Shown one piece after another: positions 1-5,800 of a stretch of DNA of 12,433 bases. The stretch is from Candidatus Iainarchaeum sp. (GTDB taxonomy: Archaea; Iainarchaeota; Iainarchaeia; Iainarchaeales; CSSED10-239), in assembly GCA_028700905.1 (NCBI GenBank), contig JAQVRT010000021.1, forward strand, positions 1 to 12,433, in the 5' to 3' direction. The notes under the pieces were generated by a model, which was not told the origin of the DNA, did no database searches, and worked only from the letters and a program-made list of their open reading frames with translations. Numbering within the stretch: the first letter of the stretch is position 1; every line of letters begins with the position of its first letter. The position numbers were made by a program, and so were the translations under genes.

Positions 1-247
1 TATATCCTTCTTTAGTAGAAATATCTTGTTTTATATCTTCAATTATTCTTCTTTGTTCTCTTCCTTTTAATCCATCTAGTTTTTGTCTTAATGCTCTTTG
101 AGATTCATTAGAAGGAAGTTTCTCTCTTTGTTGTTGTAATACTAATTCATTTTGCCTTGCTAATTCTTCTTGCACAGCTATTTGGGATTTATAATCTTGA
201 ACCTTTGCTCTTTCAGTTTGTAATGTTTGCCTTGCTTGTTCTGTCAT
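1..247 (-). CDS. Hypothetical coiled-coil protein (C-terminus outside window)
   Basis: Not in the ORF track because it runs off the window edge. The minus frame is open from nt 1 to the ATG at 247-245. ATGA overlap with the stop of ORF 244..420. Hand translation MTEQARQTLQTERAKVQDYKSQIAVQEELARQNELVLQQQREKLPSNESQRALRQKLDGLKGREQRRIIEDIKQDISTKEGY... is Gln/Glu/Arg-rich with a heptad-like pattern. Confidence 0.5.
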   Translation of the reverse strand, partial: MTEQARQTLQTERAKVQDYKSQIAVQEELARQNELVLQQQREKLPSNESQRALRQKLDGLKGREQRRIIEDIKQDISTKEGY

Positions 248-420
248 CTCCAATCTCTCTCTTCATTAAATAATTTCTTTTTTGAAAAACCTTTTATCTC
301 TATGTTTAATAAATCATCAATAGAAAGATTATTTTCTTTAAGTTTTAACTTTTTTATTTCAAGTTTTTCTTGGTTATTTTTACTATTCTTGAAATGCGAA
401 ACAAAGTCTTTTAATTTCAT
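244..420 (-). CDS. Hypothetical 58-aa protein, leaderless first gene of a sub-operon
   Basis: Below the track length cutoff. Hand translation: MKLKDFVSHFKNSKNNQEKLEIKKLKLKENNLSIDDLLNIEIKGFSKKKLFNEERDWR. The ATG at 420 lies 21 nt downstream of the promoter module ACCATCAAaTATATAAA (minus strand, 458->442). Its TGA overlaps the next ATG (ATGA). Confidence 0.5.
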   Translation of the reverse strand: MKLKDFVSHFKNSKNNQEKLEIKKLKLKENNLSIDDLLNIEIKGFSKKKLFNEERDWR

Positions 421-441
421 AGAAAGGTTACGAGTAATTTA

Positions 442-458
442 TTTATATATTTGATGGT
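442..458 (-). promoter_or_regulatory. Promoter P1: ACCATCAA-a-TATATAAA (BRE/operator + TATA box)
   Basis: The reverse complement of 442-458 reads ACCATCAAATATATAAA. The TATA centre is ~26 nt upstream of ATG 420, giving a leaderless transcript. Same 17-nt module as P2-P4. The 10-mer TTACTCGTAA (plus coordinates 428-437) lies between TATA and ATG. Confidence 0.6.
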
Positions 459-700
459 TACCAATCCAAATCTTTATTTAACCATTTTTTTTCTTCTTCT
501 ACTTCTTTTTCTATATTATCTTCATTTAAAGTTATATCAAATCCATACTCTTTTAATTTTTTGATATTTCTTTTATTATCTATATTCTTACCCCTTTCTA
601 ATTTGAGTTGAGTTATTGTTTGTTTGAAATTATCCTCTACTCCGATTGTTAAATACTTTGCCTTTCTTCCATAATTAATCCAATTAGTTCTCTTTAACAT
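458..700 (-). CDS. Hypothetical 80-aa protein
   Basis: ORF track. The start ATG (700-698) overlaps the stop of the upstream ORF (TAATG). GGAGGT lies ~14 nt upstream. Lys/Glu-rich, no recognisable motif. Confidence 0.6.
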   Translation of the reverse strand: MLKRTNWINYGRKAKYLTIGVEDNFKQTITQLKLERGKNIDNKRNIKKLKEYGFDITLNEDNIEKEVEEEKKWLNKDLDW

Positions 701-1248
701 TATCCAAATAAACTACCTCCCATAAAATAATTTATACCAAATAATCCTGCACCTATTGCAATTATCCAAATTATTATATTTCCTCCTTTGGATTTTACTT
801 TTATGGTATCAGATAACATTTTAGCCATAGTATATTTTTGACCATATGTTTCATTTCTTTCTTCTTCTGGAATAATTTTTAATGGATTTAGTTTCCAAGA
901 TGGTTGAATTATTATTGGAAATTTTCCTTGCCAAAAAAGTATTTCTCTTCCATCTGTTGAGTGATAAATTCCTTCTTTATCTTTAAAAGAACTTCCAACT
1001 ACCTTTTGTTTTTCTGCTGTAATGTTTCTATTTTCATCTATTCTTAATATCCCAATCCAACCTTTCTTTAGTTTTCTTTTTCTAACCTTAGCTTTTCTTG
1101 GAATCTTTATATTTTTTGTTTTAATCTCTCCATTAATTACTTGTTTTTTGAATTCAGTAAGTTCTTTTACTTGTTCCACTAAAGGTTTTTCTTTTACTTC
1201 TTTTTGTTCTATTTTTTCTTGGGTATTATTCAAAGTTATTTCTTTCAT
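700..1248 (-). CDS. Hypothetical protein with C-terminal transmembrane anchor (182 aa)
   Basis: ORF track. Perfect SD, AAAGGAGGATTAAAATG. Basic stretch PRKAKVRKRKLKKG. C-terminal hydrophobic helix NIIIWIIAIGAGLFGINYFMGG. Confidence 0.7.
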   Translation of the reverse strand: MKEITLNNTQEKIEQKEVKEKPLVEQVKELTEFKKQVINGEIKTKNIKIPRKAKVRKRKLKKGWIGILRIDENRNITAEKQKVVGSSFKDKEGIYHSTDGREILFWQGKFPIIIQPSWKLNPLKIIPEEERNETYGQKYTMAKMLSDTIKVKSKGGNIIIWIIAIGAGLFGINYFMGGSLFG

Positions 1249-1261
1249 TTTAATCCTCCTT

Positions 1262-1654
1262 TCAATTTTCTTCTGGTTCTTTCTTTTGGAAGAACCCTGT
1301 TTTTTTCTTTTTTCTAGGAGTCATATCTGATAATTCTTTCTTTTGTGTTACTGAAAGTTTTACCAGTAGTCCATCCTTAGATAATGAAGTTGATGTATGT
1401 ATTTCTGATAATTTTTTAAAATATGATGCCCAACCTTTATCTTCCCATATATCTTCAGCAAATAATTCTAATTCTTTTATGCTTCTAACTGGTAAATTTG
1501 GAGTTCCTAATTCTTCTTTATCTAAGTTACCAACTTTTGTAGTATCTGGATTTTGAATAATCTTTGTAAAAAAACTATGAACATTTCCTTTTCCTTCTGC
1601 GAATTGTCTTAACATTTCTTTCGCTTCTTCTTCTGAAAAATTATCTTCTGTCAT
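1262..1654 (-). CDS. Hypothetical 130-aa protein
   Basis: ORF track. The ATG overlaps the stop of upstream ORF 1651..1818 (ATGA). Soluble, with a basic C-terminal tail (PRKKKKTGFFQKKEPEEN). Confidence 0.7.
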   Translation of the reverse strand: MTEDNFSEEEAKEMLRQFAEGKGNVHSFFTKIIQNPDTTKVGNLDKEELGTPNLPVRSIKELELFAEDIWEDKGWASYFKKLSEIHTSTSLSKDGLLVKLSVTQKKELSDMTPRKKKKTGFFQKKEPEEN

Positions 1655-1818
1655 TCTGTAATATCCATATATTCTTCTGTATCCTCTTTTTTATCTATTA
1701 TCATATCTTTTATATCTCCTATAACTTCTCCAACTGTTTGTCTACTAACCTTTGCCCATACTACCAAAATAATTACAACAACAATTAAAATTCCTATTAA
1801 TGAATCCCAGTTTACCAT
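1651..1818 (-). CDS. Hypothetical 55-aa single-pass membrane protein
   Basis: Below the track cutoff. Hand translation: MVNWDSLIGILIVVVIILVVWAKVSRQTVGEVIGDIKDMIIDKKEDTEEYMDITE. TAATG overlap with the upstream ORF at 1818 and ATGA overlap with the downstream ORF at 1651-1654. One clear TM helix. Confidence 0.55.
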   Translation of the reverse strand: MVNWDSLIGILIVVVIILVVWAKVSRQTVGEVIGDIKDMIIDKKEDTEEYMDITE

Positions 1819-2147
1819 TAGTTTTTGAATTTTTGTGGTCTAAATCCTACTTTTTGAAAATAAAGAGGTTTCCACCCAAATTTAGTTAATTCTTTTTTTA
1901 CATAATCTAACTTAATTAGTTCTGATTCCATTTTTTTTAGATGTTCTTTTAATCTTTCGATTGCTTTTTTTCTCCATTCAGAATCATATTCTAAATCTGG
2001 ATGTTCTTTTATAACTCCGCCTTTGTTTAGTTTTAATCCTTCTATGGTAGTAATTGTTTGTGTATATGGGTCACGAAACATTAAATTATTTCCATCTATA
2101 ACTACTTCTGATTGTTCTCCCCCTAATTGATAAACACTTAAAATCAT
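1818..2147 (-). CDS. Hypothetical 109-aa protein
   Basis: ORF track. Sits in the coupled gene chain. No recognisable motif. Confidence 0.7.
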   Translation of the reverse strand: MILSVYQLGGEQSEVVIDGNNLMFRDPYTQTITTIEGLKLNKGGVIKEHPDLEYDSEWRKKAIERLKEHLKKMESELIKLDYVKKELTKFGWKPLYFQKVGFRPQKFKN

Positions 2148-2148
2148 T

Positions 2149-2298
2149 TTAACCTATCTTTTTTTCCATCTCTTTTACTTTGTTAAGTAAATCTAAGACT
2201 ACTTTTTCAAGATAAAAGATTTCTCCTGCTGGGTCTTGAAAAGCCAACATTTCTCCAGTTGGAACTTTTACTAATTCCCAATTTTTTTCTTCTGTCAT
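2149..2298 (-). CDS. Hypothetical 49-aa protein
   Basis: Below the track cutoff. Hand translation: MTEEKNWELVKVPTGEMLAFQDPAGEIFYLEKVVLDLLNKVKEMEKKIG. Preceded by the same 21-nt SD cassette (AAAATTGAAAGGAGGATTAAAATG) as ORF 700..1248. ATGA overlap with the upstream ORF. Confidence 0.55.
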   Translation of the reverse strand: MTEEKNWELVKVPTGEMLAFQDPAGEIFYLEKVVLDLLNKVKEMEKKIG

Positions 2299-2651
2299 TT
2301 TAATCCTCCTTTCAATTTTTTTAATTTTTCTTCATATCTCATTAAAGTATATTTTTTTCTTATTTGTTTTGTTACTTCTTTTATTTCTTTTTGTTCTTTA
2401 GTTTCTTCAAATAAAAATGAACTTAAAAGTAAAGGAAATATGTAAATAAAAACCATATCAATAACCATTAAATAAACATTAAGAACAACTCCAAATTCTC
2501 CAACATCATATTTTATAAGACTTTCTAAAAAATCTATTACAATCTTTTCATAAATTCCACTTTGGATAAAGATTGTTAAATTGTATATATAAACAATTAT
2601 TAAACTAATTATTAATACCTTCATCCAAGTTACTTTAAATTTTATTTCCAT
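2295..2651 (-). CDS. Hypothetical multi-pass membrane protein (118 aa from ATG 2651)
   Basis: The track ORF 2295..2702 overlaps the upstream gene by 50 nt. The internal ATG at 2651 lies 1 nt after the upstream stop (2653-2655) and gives MEIKFKVTWMKVLIISLIIVYIYNLTIFIQ... with 2-3 hydrophobic helices and a basic C-terminal tail. Confidence 0.6.
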   Translation of the reverse strand: MEIKFKVTWMKVLIISLIIVYIYNLTIFIQSGIYEKIVIDFLESLIKYDVGEFGVVLNVYLMVIDMVFIYIFPLLLSSFLFEETKEQKEIKEVTKQIRKKYTLMRYEEKLKKLKGGLK

Positions 2652-2652
2652 T

Positions 2653-3333
2653 TTATAAATCTTGATATAAATCATATCCTGCGGATAAGGAAAATAATGC
2701 ACCTATTCCTATTGTAAGATATGAAAAGTAATTAGTTAATGTATCTTGATATATTATGACTCCATTATTTATCATATACACTCCTAAAAAAACCATTGCC
2801 ATTCCTCCTAAGATTGTTACAGGAGCATTTCCATTAAATAATCCTAAGAAAGTTATTGCATATATTAATAAAATTATAAATATAAAAAATACTATGTTTT
2901 CATTTCCATCTTTACCACTAGGAGTAACTTCAAAACTCATAGTTTCAATAGAATAAACTCCTCTTTTATCTCCTGCAACTGTGTAAGTATAATCTCCAAG
3001 TAAAGTTGAATTACAAAAGTTATAAGTGAAATCTTGATTTGTTTTAATCATATCTAAATTCATTGTTTCAATAGTTCCGTTTGGATATTTAATTGCTGTT
3101 AGATTAACATAAGAACAATCATCACAAGTTTGATATAAATCAAAACAAGTATTTTGTTTGAATGTTCCTAAATCTGTTGTAGAAAAAGAAGACGTTGTAT
3201 CTCCGAAGTTTAGTGATGATATGAAAGAAAATGAAAAACTAAATAAGAAAAGGAGTATGAATGGGGAAATAACTTTCATTATGATAAGTCTACCCCTCTC
3301 CTCCTTTTTATTTTTTAAATGTATTGTTTGCAT
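2653..3333 (-). CDS. Secreted / membrane-anchored Cys-rich glycoprotein-like protein (candidate virion spike or adhesin)
   Basis: SD AAGGAGTGAATAATG at 3333 (alternative start 3279, MKVISPF...). N-terminal signal-like segment ISPFILLFLFSFSFSFISS. The ectodomain has 4 Cys and three N-x-S/T sequons (NLT, NGT, NST). Three C-terminal hydrophobic helices. Directly follows the capsid-protein candidate. Confidence 0.7.
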   Translation of the reverse strand: MQTIHLKNKKEERGRLIIMKVISPFILLFLFSFSFSFISSLNFGDTTSSFSTTDLGTFKQNTCFDLYQTCDDCSYVNLTAIKYPNGTIETMNLDMIKTNQDFTYNFCNSTLLGDYTYTVAGDKRGVYSIETMSFEVTPSGKDGNENIVFFIFIILLIYAITFLGLFNGNAPVTILGGMAMVFLGVYMINNGVIIYQDTLTNYFSYLTIGIGALFSLSAGYDLYQDL

Positions 3334-3347
3334 TATTCACTCCTTAA

Positions 3348-3566
3348 TTACATCAATCCAGAGTTTCTTAGACCCTGTGCAGCAATACCGATTGCTGTTG
3401 ATGCGATTGAAAGATTGTAGAATAAAGTTGTCAATCCAAGGATAGTAGAACTTGCCCCTGTGATGTTAGTGTTTGCTTGTGCTCCAGCAACTTCATTAGC
3501 AACAGTTGGTGCAAGTGTTACTCCTACAAGAATAACAATGAATCCGCCAATTATATTTCCTAGCAT
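3348..3566 (-). CDS. Putative major capsid protein of the spindle-shaped-virus (SSV1 VP1-like) type, 72 aa
   Basis: Sequence: MLGNIIGGFIVILVGVTLAPTVANEVAGAQANTNITGASSTILGLTTLFYNLSIASTAIGIAAQGLRNSGLM. Two hydrophobic helices are joined by an Ala/Asn/Thr linker with sequons NIT and NLS. The segment TGASSTILGLTTLFYNLS parallels, from memory, TGTNATLLNLVPLFYIL of SSV1 VP1. First gene of the operon, downstream of promoter P4. Confidence 0.65.
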   Translation of the reverse strand: MLGNIIGGFIVILVGVTLAPTVANEVAGAQANTNITGASSTILGLTTLFYNLSIASTAIGIAAQGLRNSGLM

Positions 3567-3631
3567 TTTGTTTTTTTATTTTTTATCCCCCTTTTACTTG
3601 ATTGAATTATGAAAAATCTAATATCTTTGTA

Positions 3632-3648
3632 TTTAAATAAGTGATGGT
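3632..3648 (-). promoter_or_regulatory. Promoter P4: ACCATCAC-t-TATTTAAA for the capsid operon
   Basis: The reverse complement of 3632-3648 reads ACCATCACTTATTTAAA. The predicted TSS is near 3609, giving a ~43-nt leader that contains a GGGGG motif (plus-strand ccccc at 3588-3592). TGATGGT (3642-3648) forms an inverted repeat with ACCATCA (3673-3679) of P2. Confidence 0.5.
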
Positions 3649-3672
3649 AAGTTTTTACTCGTAAGTAGTTAA

Positions 3673-3689
3673 ACCATCAAGTATATAAA
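3673..3689 (+). promoter_or_regulatory. Promoter P2: ACCATCAA-g-TATATAAA for the RHH-ATPase operon
   Basis: The 17-nt module ends 23 nt before ATG 3713, giving a leaderless or near-leaderless transcript. TTACTCGTAA (3655-3664) lies between the divergent P4 and P2 modules. Confidence 0.6.
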
Positions 3690-3712
3690 GAAATTAAATT
3701 ATTCCTTAATTT

Positions 3713-3844
3713 ATGGATAATGAAAAAAAAGAGATAAGATTTTTATTAGATGAAAAAAAATATGAAGAATTAAAAGAAGAAGCCAAAAACTTAGATATTC
3801 CCCTCGCTAGTTATATAAAAAGTAAAATTTTATTAAAAAAATAA
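3713..3844 (+). CDS. Ribbon-helix-helix (CopG/Arc/MetJ-like) DNA-binding protein, 43 aa
   Basis: Below the track cutoff. Hand translation: MDNEKKEIRFLLDEKKYEELKEEAKNLDIPLASYIKSKILLKK. The pattern is beta-strand (IRFLLD), helix (YEELKEEAKNL), helix (PLASYIKSKIL), typical of RHH. The stop at 3842-3844 is 1 nt before the next ATG. Confidence 0.6.
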   Translation: MDNEKKEIRFLLDEKKYEELKEEAKNLDIPLASYIKSKILLKK

Positions 3845-3845
3845 A

Positions 3846-4289
3846 ATGGAAGAAGATACTAAACTATCAAAGTTCTCATCTGGATTAAATATTCTTATGA
3901 GGGTAGACCAATTATGGAAAAATTGTCACGATTTTAAAAGAAGAGGACTTTATCAAAAGTGGAATGATGAATTAGATTCAGTTTGGTTAGAATTATCAAG
4001 AGATTTAAGTGAAAAACAATATAATGGTTCAAAAGATAAAGAGAATACTTCTGAAGAAGAAAAAGAAGGATATAAAAAATTATTTGAAGATTTTGAAAAA
4101 AGATTAAAATATTCTGGAAGATTTTATGATTCTGGTTCTTTAGGATTTTTACCTCCAACAAAAGAAATGCTTGAAGATAGAGATAAACAATATAAGATTT
4201 TAATGGAAAAACAATTATTCTTAGCTAGATTAGAAAATAAATTAGGAAAAGGAACTAGTTGGGAAGATGAAGAAGATGAGGATTTCTAA
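3846..4289 (+). CDS. Hypothetical acidic protein (147 aa)
   Basis: ORF track. Glu/Asp/Lys-rich with an acidic tail WEDEEDEDF. Tightly packed between the RHH gene and the NTPase gene. Confidence 0.7.
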   Translation: MEEDTKLSKFSSGLNILMRVDQLWKNCHDFKRRGLYQKWNDELDSVWLELSRDLSEKQYNGSKDKENTSEEEKEGYKKLFEDFEKRLKYSGRFYDSGSLGFLPPTKEMLEDRDKQYKILMEKQLFLARLENKLGKGTSWEDEEDEDF

Positions 4290-4291
4290 AT

Positions 4292-5257
4292 ATGGCTATT
4301 GTAGAAATTAATGATGAGAAATTTGTAAGAAAATATAATAAACCAATTACTTATTTTTTAGAAGATTGGATAAAACATAGATTTGATACTAAAATTATTC
4401 CAGAACTTTCAAAAGAAGATAAAGACTGTGTAATTTGTATTGATGGAAAGGAAGGAAGTGGTAAAAGTTGGTTAGGATTGCAATGGGGAAAGTATGTAGA
4501 CCCTACTTTAAATCTTTCTAGAGTTGTTTTTACGCCTGAAGAGTTTAGAGAAGCAATTTATAAAGCAAAACAAAAGCAATGTATTGTTTTTGATGAAGCA
4601 TTTACAGGTTTTAGTTCTCGTTCTGCTCTTTCTTCTGTAAATAGAGTGCTAACTAGCTTGATGATGCAGATAAGACAAAAGAATTTGTTTGTAATTATTA
4701 TAATGCCAACATTTTTTTTACTTGATAAATACCTTTCTCTGTTTAGAGCAAGGGTTTTAGTTCATGTTTACGAAAATAAAGGACGCAGAGGATTCTTTAG
4801 GGTATATTCAAAGGATAAAAAACGAGCATTGATTATGGATAAGGGTTCTAGAACTTATTCTTATAAGATTAAGAGTAAAAAGAAGGGAAGATTCTATGGA
4901 GTTTTTGCTTTAGGGGATAAAGATGAAGAGAAATTATATAGAAAAAAGAAGATGAAGGCACTAGAAAAGGCAGAAACTAATCCTATGACTACAAAAGGAG
5001 TTAAATATATGGAACAAAGGGATATTTCTATATGGATTTTGAGAAAAGAACTTAAAATGTCCTATAAAAAGATGGAAGAACTACTTACACACTATGGTTT
5101 TGATATATCTTATCAACAAATAAGGAACATTTGCTTCAAATTAGGGGATAAAGATAGAGAAATTGACCTAATTGATGGAGAAATACCAGATAAAGGCATT
5201 AAAACTCCTGAAATTGAGGATTTTGAAGAAGATTCTGATGAAAATGAAGAAGATTAG
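4292..5257 (+). CDS. P-loop NTPase with C-terminal HTH-like region and acidic tail (321 aa)
   Basis: Walker A GKEGSGKS (aa 52-59), Walker B CIVFDEA, and a hydrophobic strand LFVIIIMPT (sensor-like). The C-terminus has an HTH-like MSYKKMEELLTHYGFDISYQQIRNICFKL and the tail EDFEEDSDENEED. The sub-family (morphogenesis ATPase of pleomorphic/spindle viruses, Zot-like, or replication initiator) cannot be resolved by eye. Confidence 0.85.
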   Translation: MAIVEINDEKFVRKYNKPITYFLEDWIKHRFDTKIIPELSKEDKDCVICIDGKEGSGKSWLGLQWGKYVDPTLNLSRVVFTPEEFREAIYKAKQKQCIVFDEAFTGFSSRSALSSVNRVLTSLMMQIRQKNLFVIIIMPTFFLLDKYLSLFRARVLVHVYENKGRRGFFRVYSKDKKRALIMDKGSRTYSYKIKSKKKGRFYGVFALGDKDEEKLYRKKKMKALEKAETNPMTTKGVKYMEQRDISIWILRKELKMSYKKMEELLTHYGFDISYQQIRNICFKLGDKDREIDLIDGEIPDKGIKTPEIEDFEEDSDENEED

Positions 5258-5269
5258 GCTTATTTAAGT

Positions 5270-5341
5270 CTTTTTTGGTGTTTTTTTGAGTTTTTTGGCT
5301 TTTTTTGTTAAATTTTAAAGTTTTTTTGTTAAATTTTCAAA
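5270..5341 (+). terminator. Cluster of oligo-T tracts (archaeal-type termination signals) after the NTPase gene
   Basis: Successive T6-T7 runs: tcttttttgg, tgtttttttgag, ttttttgg, ctttttttg, gtttttttg. Includes the tandem 21-mer at 5300-5341. Confidence 0.45.
5300..5341 (+). repeat. Tandem 21-nt direct repeat TTTTTTTGTTAAATTTT(A/C)AA(G/A)
   Basis: 5300-5320 reads tttttttgttaaattttaaag and 5321-5341 reads tttttttgttaaattttcaaa. The first 17 nt are identical. Confidence 0.8.
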
Positions 5342-5453
5342 TATTTTAAAGAAAAATATAAAATTAAGCCAAAAAAGTGCCTTTTTTCTCGTATTTCCTT
5401 ATAAAATTGTCAAATTCAAACAACTAATTAATGTAATATATAGTGTTATAAAA

Positions 5454-5510
5454 GAAATGTCGCCGCCCTGTCCAATAGGGAGTTGTTTTCTAGACATTTC
5501 CCATTTTTTT
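5454..5510 (+). ncRNA. Candidate small structured RNA or protein-binding hairpin (local GC-rich island) ending in T7
   Basis: GAAATGTC (5454-5461) pairs with GACATTTC (5493-5500) around gccgccctgtccaatagggag (inner CCC/GGG pairing). T7 follows at 5504-5510. TATA-like TTATAAAA lies at 5399-5406 and 5446-5453. Hypothesis only. Confidence 0.25.
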
Positions 5511-5529
5511 ACCCTTATTCCCAAAAAAC

Positions 5530-5552
5530 AAGGCATCTAACTGCCTTTTTTT
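5530..5552. terminator. Hairpin AAGGCA-tctaac-TGCCTT flanked by an A-run and a T7 run (bidirectional terminator-like)
   Basis: 6-bp stem (5530-5535 / 5542-5547) and T7 at 5546-5552. The upstream ccaaaaaac gives a T-run on the opposite strand. Confidence 0.4.
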
Positions 5553-5589
5553 GTTTGTTTTCCTTTGTTTTGGCTATTTATTATAGAAC

Positions 5590-5800
5590 TATCCCTAGAA
5601 CACCCTATTTAAGACACCCTTTTAATTAACTTCCACTATTTTCTAGGCACTAGTCTGGAAACCCACTATTTTTTATGCTTAAAGGTGTGTGTTTGGGTTG
5701 TTTTTTTTCTTTAATTTTTTTGTGTTTTTTTCAAAAAATTTTTTTAAAAAAAATATTTCTTTTAAAATTTTTAAAGAAAAAAAATAAAAGAATCCTATTA
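5590..5800. other. Candidate replication origin / control region: short direct repeats plus a nearly pure A/T block
   Basis: ACACCCT occurs twice (5600-5606, 5614-5620) and CCACTATTTT twice (5633-5642, 5663-5672). CTAG-containing palindromic pieces (ctaggcactag). 5695-5790 is almost exclusively A/T with homopolymer palindromes (caaaaaatttttttaaaaaaaa, ttttaaaatttttaaag), i.e. DUE-like. Confidence 0.3.

Noticed and set aside
227-454. Plus-strand ORF (75 aa) from the track
   Set aside because: It is antisense to two well-supported minus-strand ORFs (1..247 and 244..420, the latter with its own promoter). The product is a Phe/Leu/Ser-rich low-complexity sequence, typical of the shadow frame of A-rich coding DNA.
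1022-1330. Plus-strand ORF (102 aa)
   Set aside because: Shadow ORF opposite 700..1248 and 1262..1654. Phe/Leu/Ser-rich, no SD, and it breaks the coupled minus-strand gene chain.
2652-2702. N-terminal extension of track ORF 2295..2702 (MHYFPYPQDMIYIKIYK...)
   Set aside because: It would overlap the upstream gene by 50 nt. The ATG at 2651 immediately follows the upstream stop, matching the coupling pattern used throughout the operon.
2756-2956. Plus-strand ORF (66 aa)
   Set aside because: Lies entirely inside and antisense to the glycoprotein gene 2653..3333. No start context.
3158-3445. Plus-strand ORF (95 aa)
   Set aside because: Antisense to the glycoprotein and capsid genes and spans their intergenic SD. 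Implausible.
3934-4161. Minus-strand ORF (75 aa)
   Set aside because: Antisense shadow of ORF 3846..4289. Leu/Ile/Phe-rich low complexity.
5280-5345. T-rich tandem repeats considered as a CRISPR-like or minisatellite array
   Set aside because: There are only two 21-nt units with no spacers, embedded in oligo-T terminator tracts. No repeat-spacer periodicity occurs anywhere in the window.
5457-5540. 27-aa ORF MSPPCPIGSCFLDISHFFTLIPKKQGI inside the GC-rich island
   Set aside because: It has no SD or promoter geometry. It uses codons (TCG CCG CCC) otherwise almost absent from this element. The sequence is better explained by the hairpin structure.
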